DNA of 61,605 bases, filler included, from Candidatus Woesearchaeota archaeon (GTDB lineage Archaea > Nanobdellota > Nanobdellia > Woesearchaeales > BM511): the NCBI GenBank assembly GCA_023266675.1. It is 4 parts of 4 records of this genome, joined end to end, with 100 filler letters (N's around TTAATTAATTAA, not from the genome) between each part and the next. Parts side by side here need not be neighbours in the genome. Positions count along the whole stretch, not along the records: positions 54,854 to 61,605 come from JAHFPP010000065.1; 3 more parts are not named here. One strand, given 5' to 3'. Position numbers and translations under genes: made by a program. The notes beneath the pieces were generated by a model. That model was not told the DNA's origin and made no database searches. It saw only the letters and a program-made list of their open reading frames with translations. This document shows positions 61,378-61,605 of this stretch, piece by piece. The stretch's first letter is position 1. Every line of letters starts with the position of its first letter.

Positions 61378-61605
61378 TTAGAAAGAAAGAGAGGTTATTA
61401 TTCCCAAAAGTTCATTCTCCCCTTTTGCATTTATTATCTTTTGCTTCACCAGTGTCGCGTCATGGCATTCCCGTGCAGTCCACAAAGCATGGTCTTTTAG
61501 TTCGCTTAATTTGTAGCGGTTCTCGCGCGTTTTGTACAATTCTAAAAATTCTTTAAAATCTTTTAGTGCATCAGACTTATTCTTATCATAGGTTGTTTTA
61601 GGAAC
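61378..61605 (-). CDS. 3' end of a protein, possibly the tRNA-dihydrouridine synthase C-terminus
   Basis: Open frame ...ELKDHALWTARECHDATLVKQKIINAK...LSF*; family guess is weak. Confidence 0.45.
   Translation of the reverse strand, partial: VPKTTYDKNKSDALKDFKEFLELYKTRENRYKLSELKDHALWTARECHDATLVKQKIINAKGENELLGIITSLSF

Overview
AT-rich archaeal sequence, most consistent with a DPANN archaeon (Woesearchaeota-like). The basis is the archaeal uS15, class I LysRS, Pth2, TrmI, TATA-box promoters, a BHB-intron tRNA, a bacterial-type GyrB and many large Cys-rich/Ig-like surface proteins. The window is at least four contigs joined by artificial N-TTAATTAATTAA-N linkers (7042-7141, 31172-31271, 54754-54853), so synteny across these points is meaningless. 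Main observations: (1) an intact 3.9-kb cargo transposon (12883-16781) with perfect 29-bp TIRs, an 8-bp target duplication, one central IS6-like DDE transposase, operator arrays, an unknown two-gene module and a Doc toxin with an apparently split antitoxin; (2) a dispersed ~115-nt structured element in two diverged copies with compensatory base changes, plus other multi-hairpin intergenic elements; (3) tRNA-Arg(GCG) with a D-loop BHB intron; (4) a Cys-rich protein ending in polyGly-Hint; (5) a membrane-anchored LysM protein; (6) phage-virion-like genes after an orphan gyrB; (7) a MoxR/DUF58/vWA locus whose partner shares a domain with the cytoplasmic tails of Cys-rich surface proteins. All family assignments are by motif recognition; no database searches were run.
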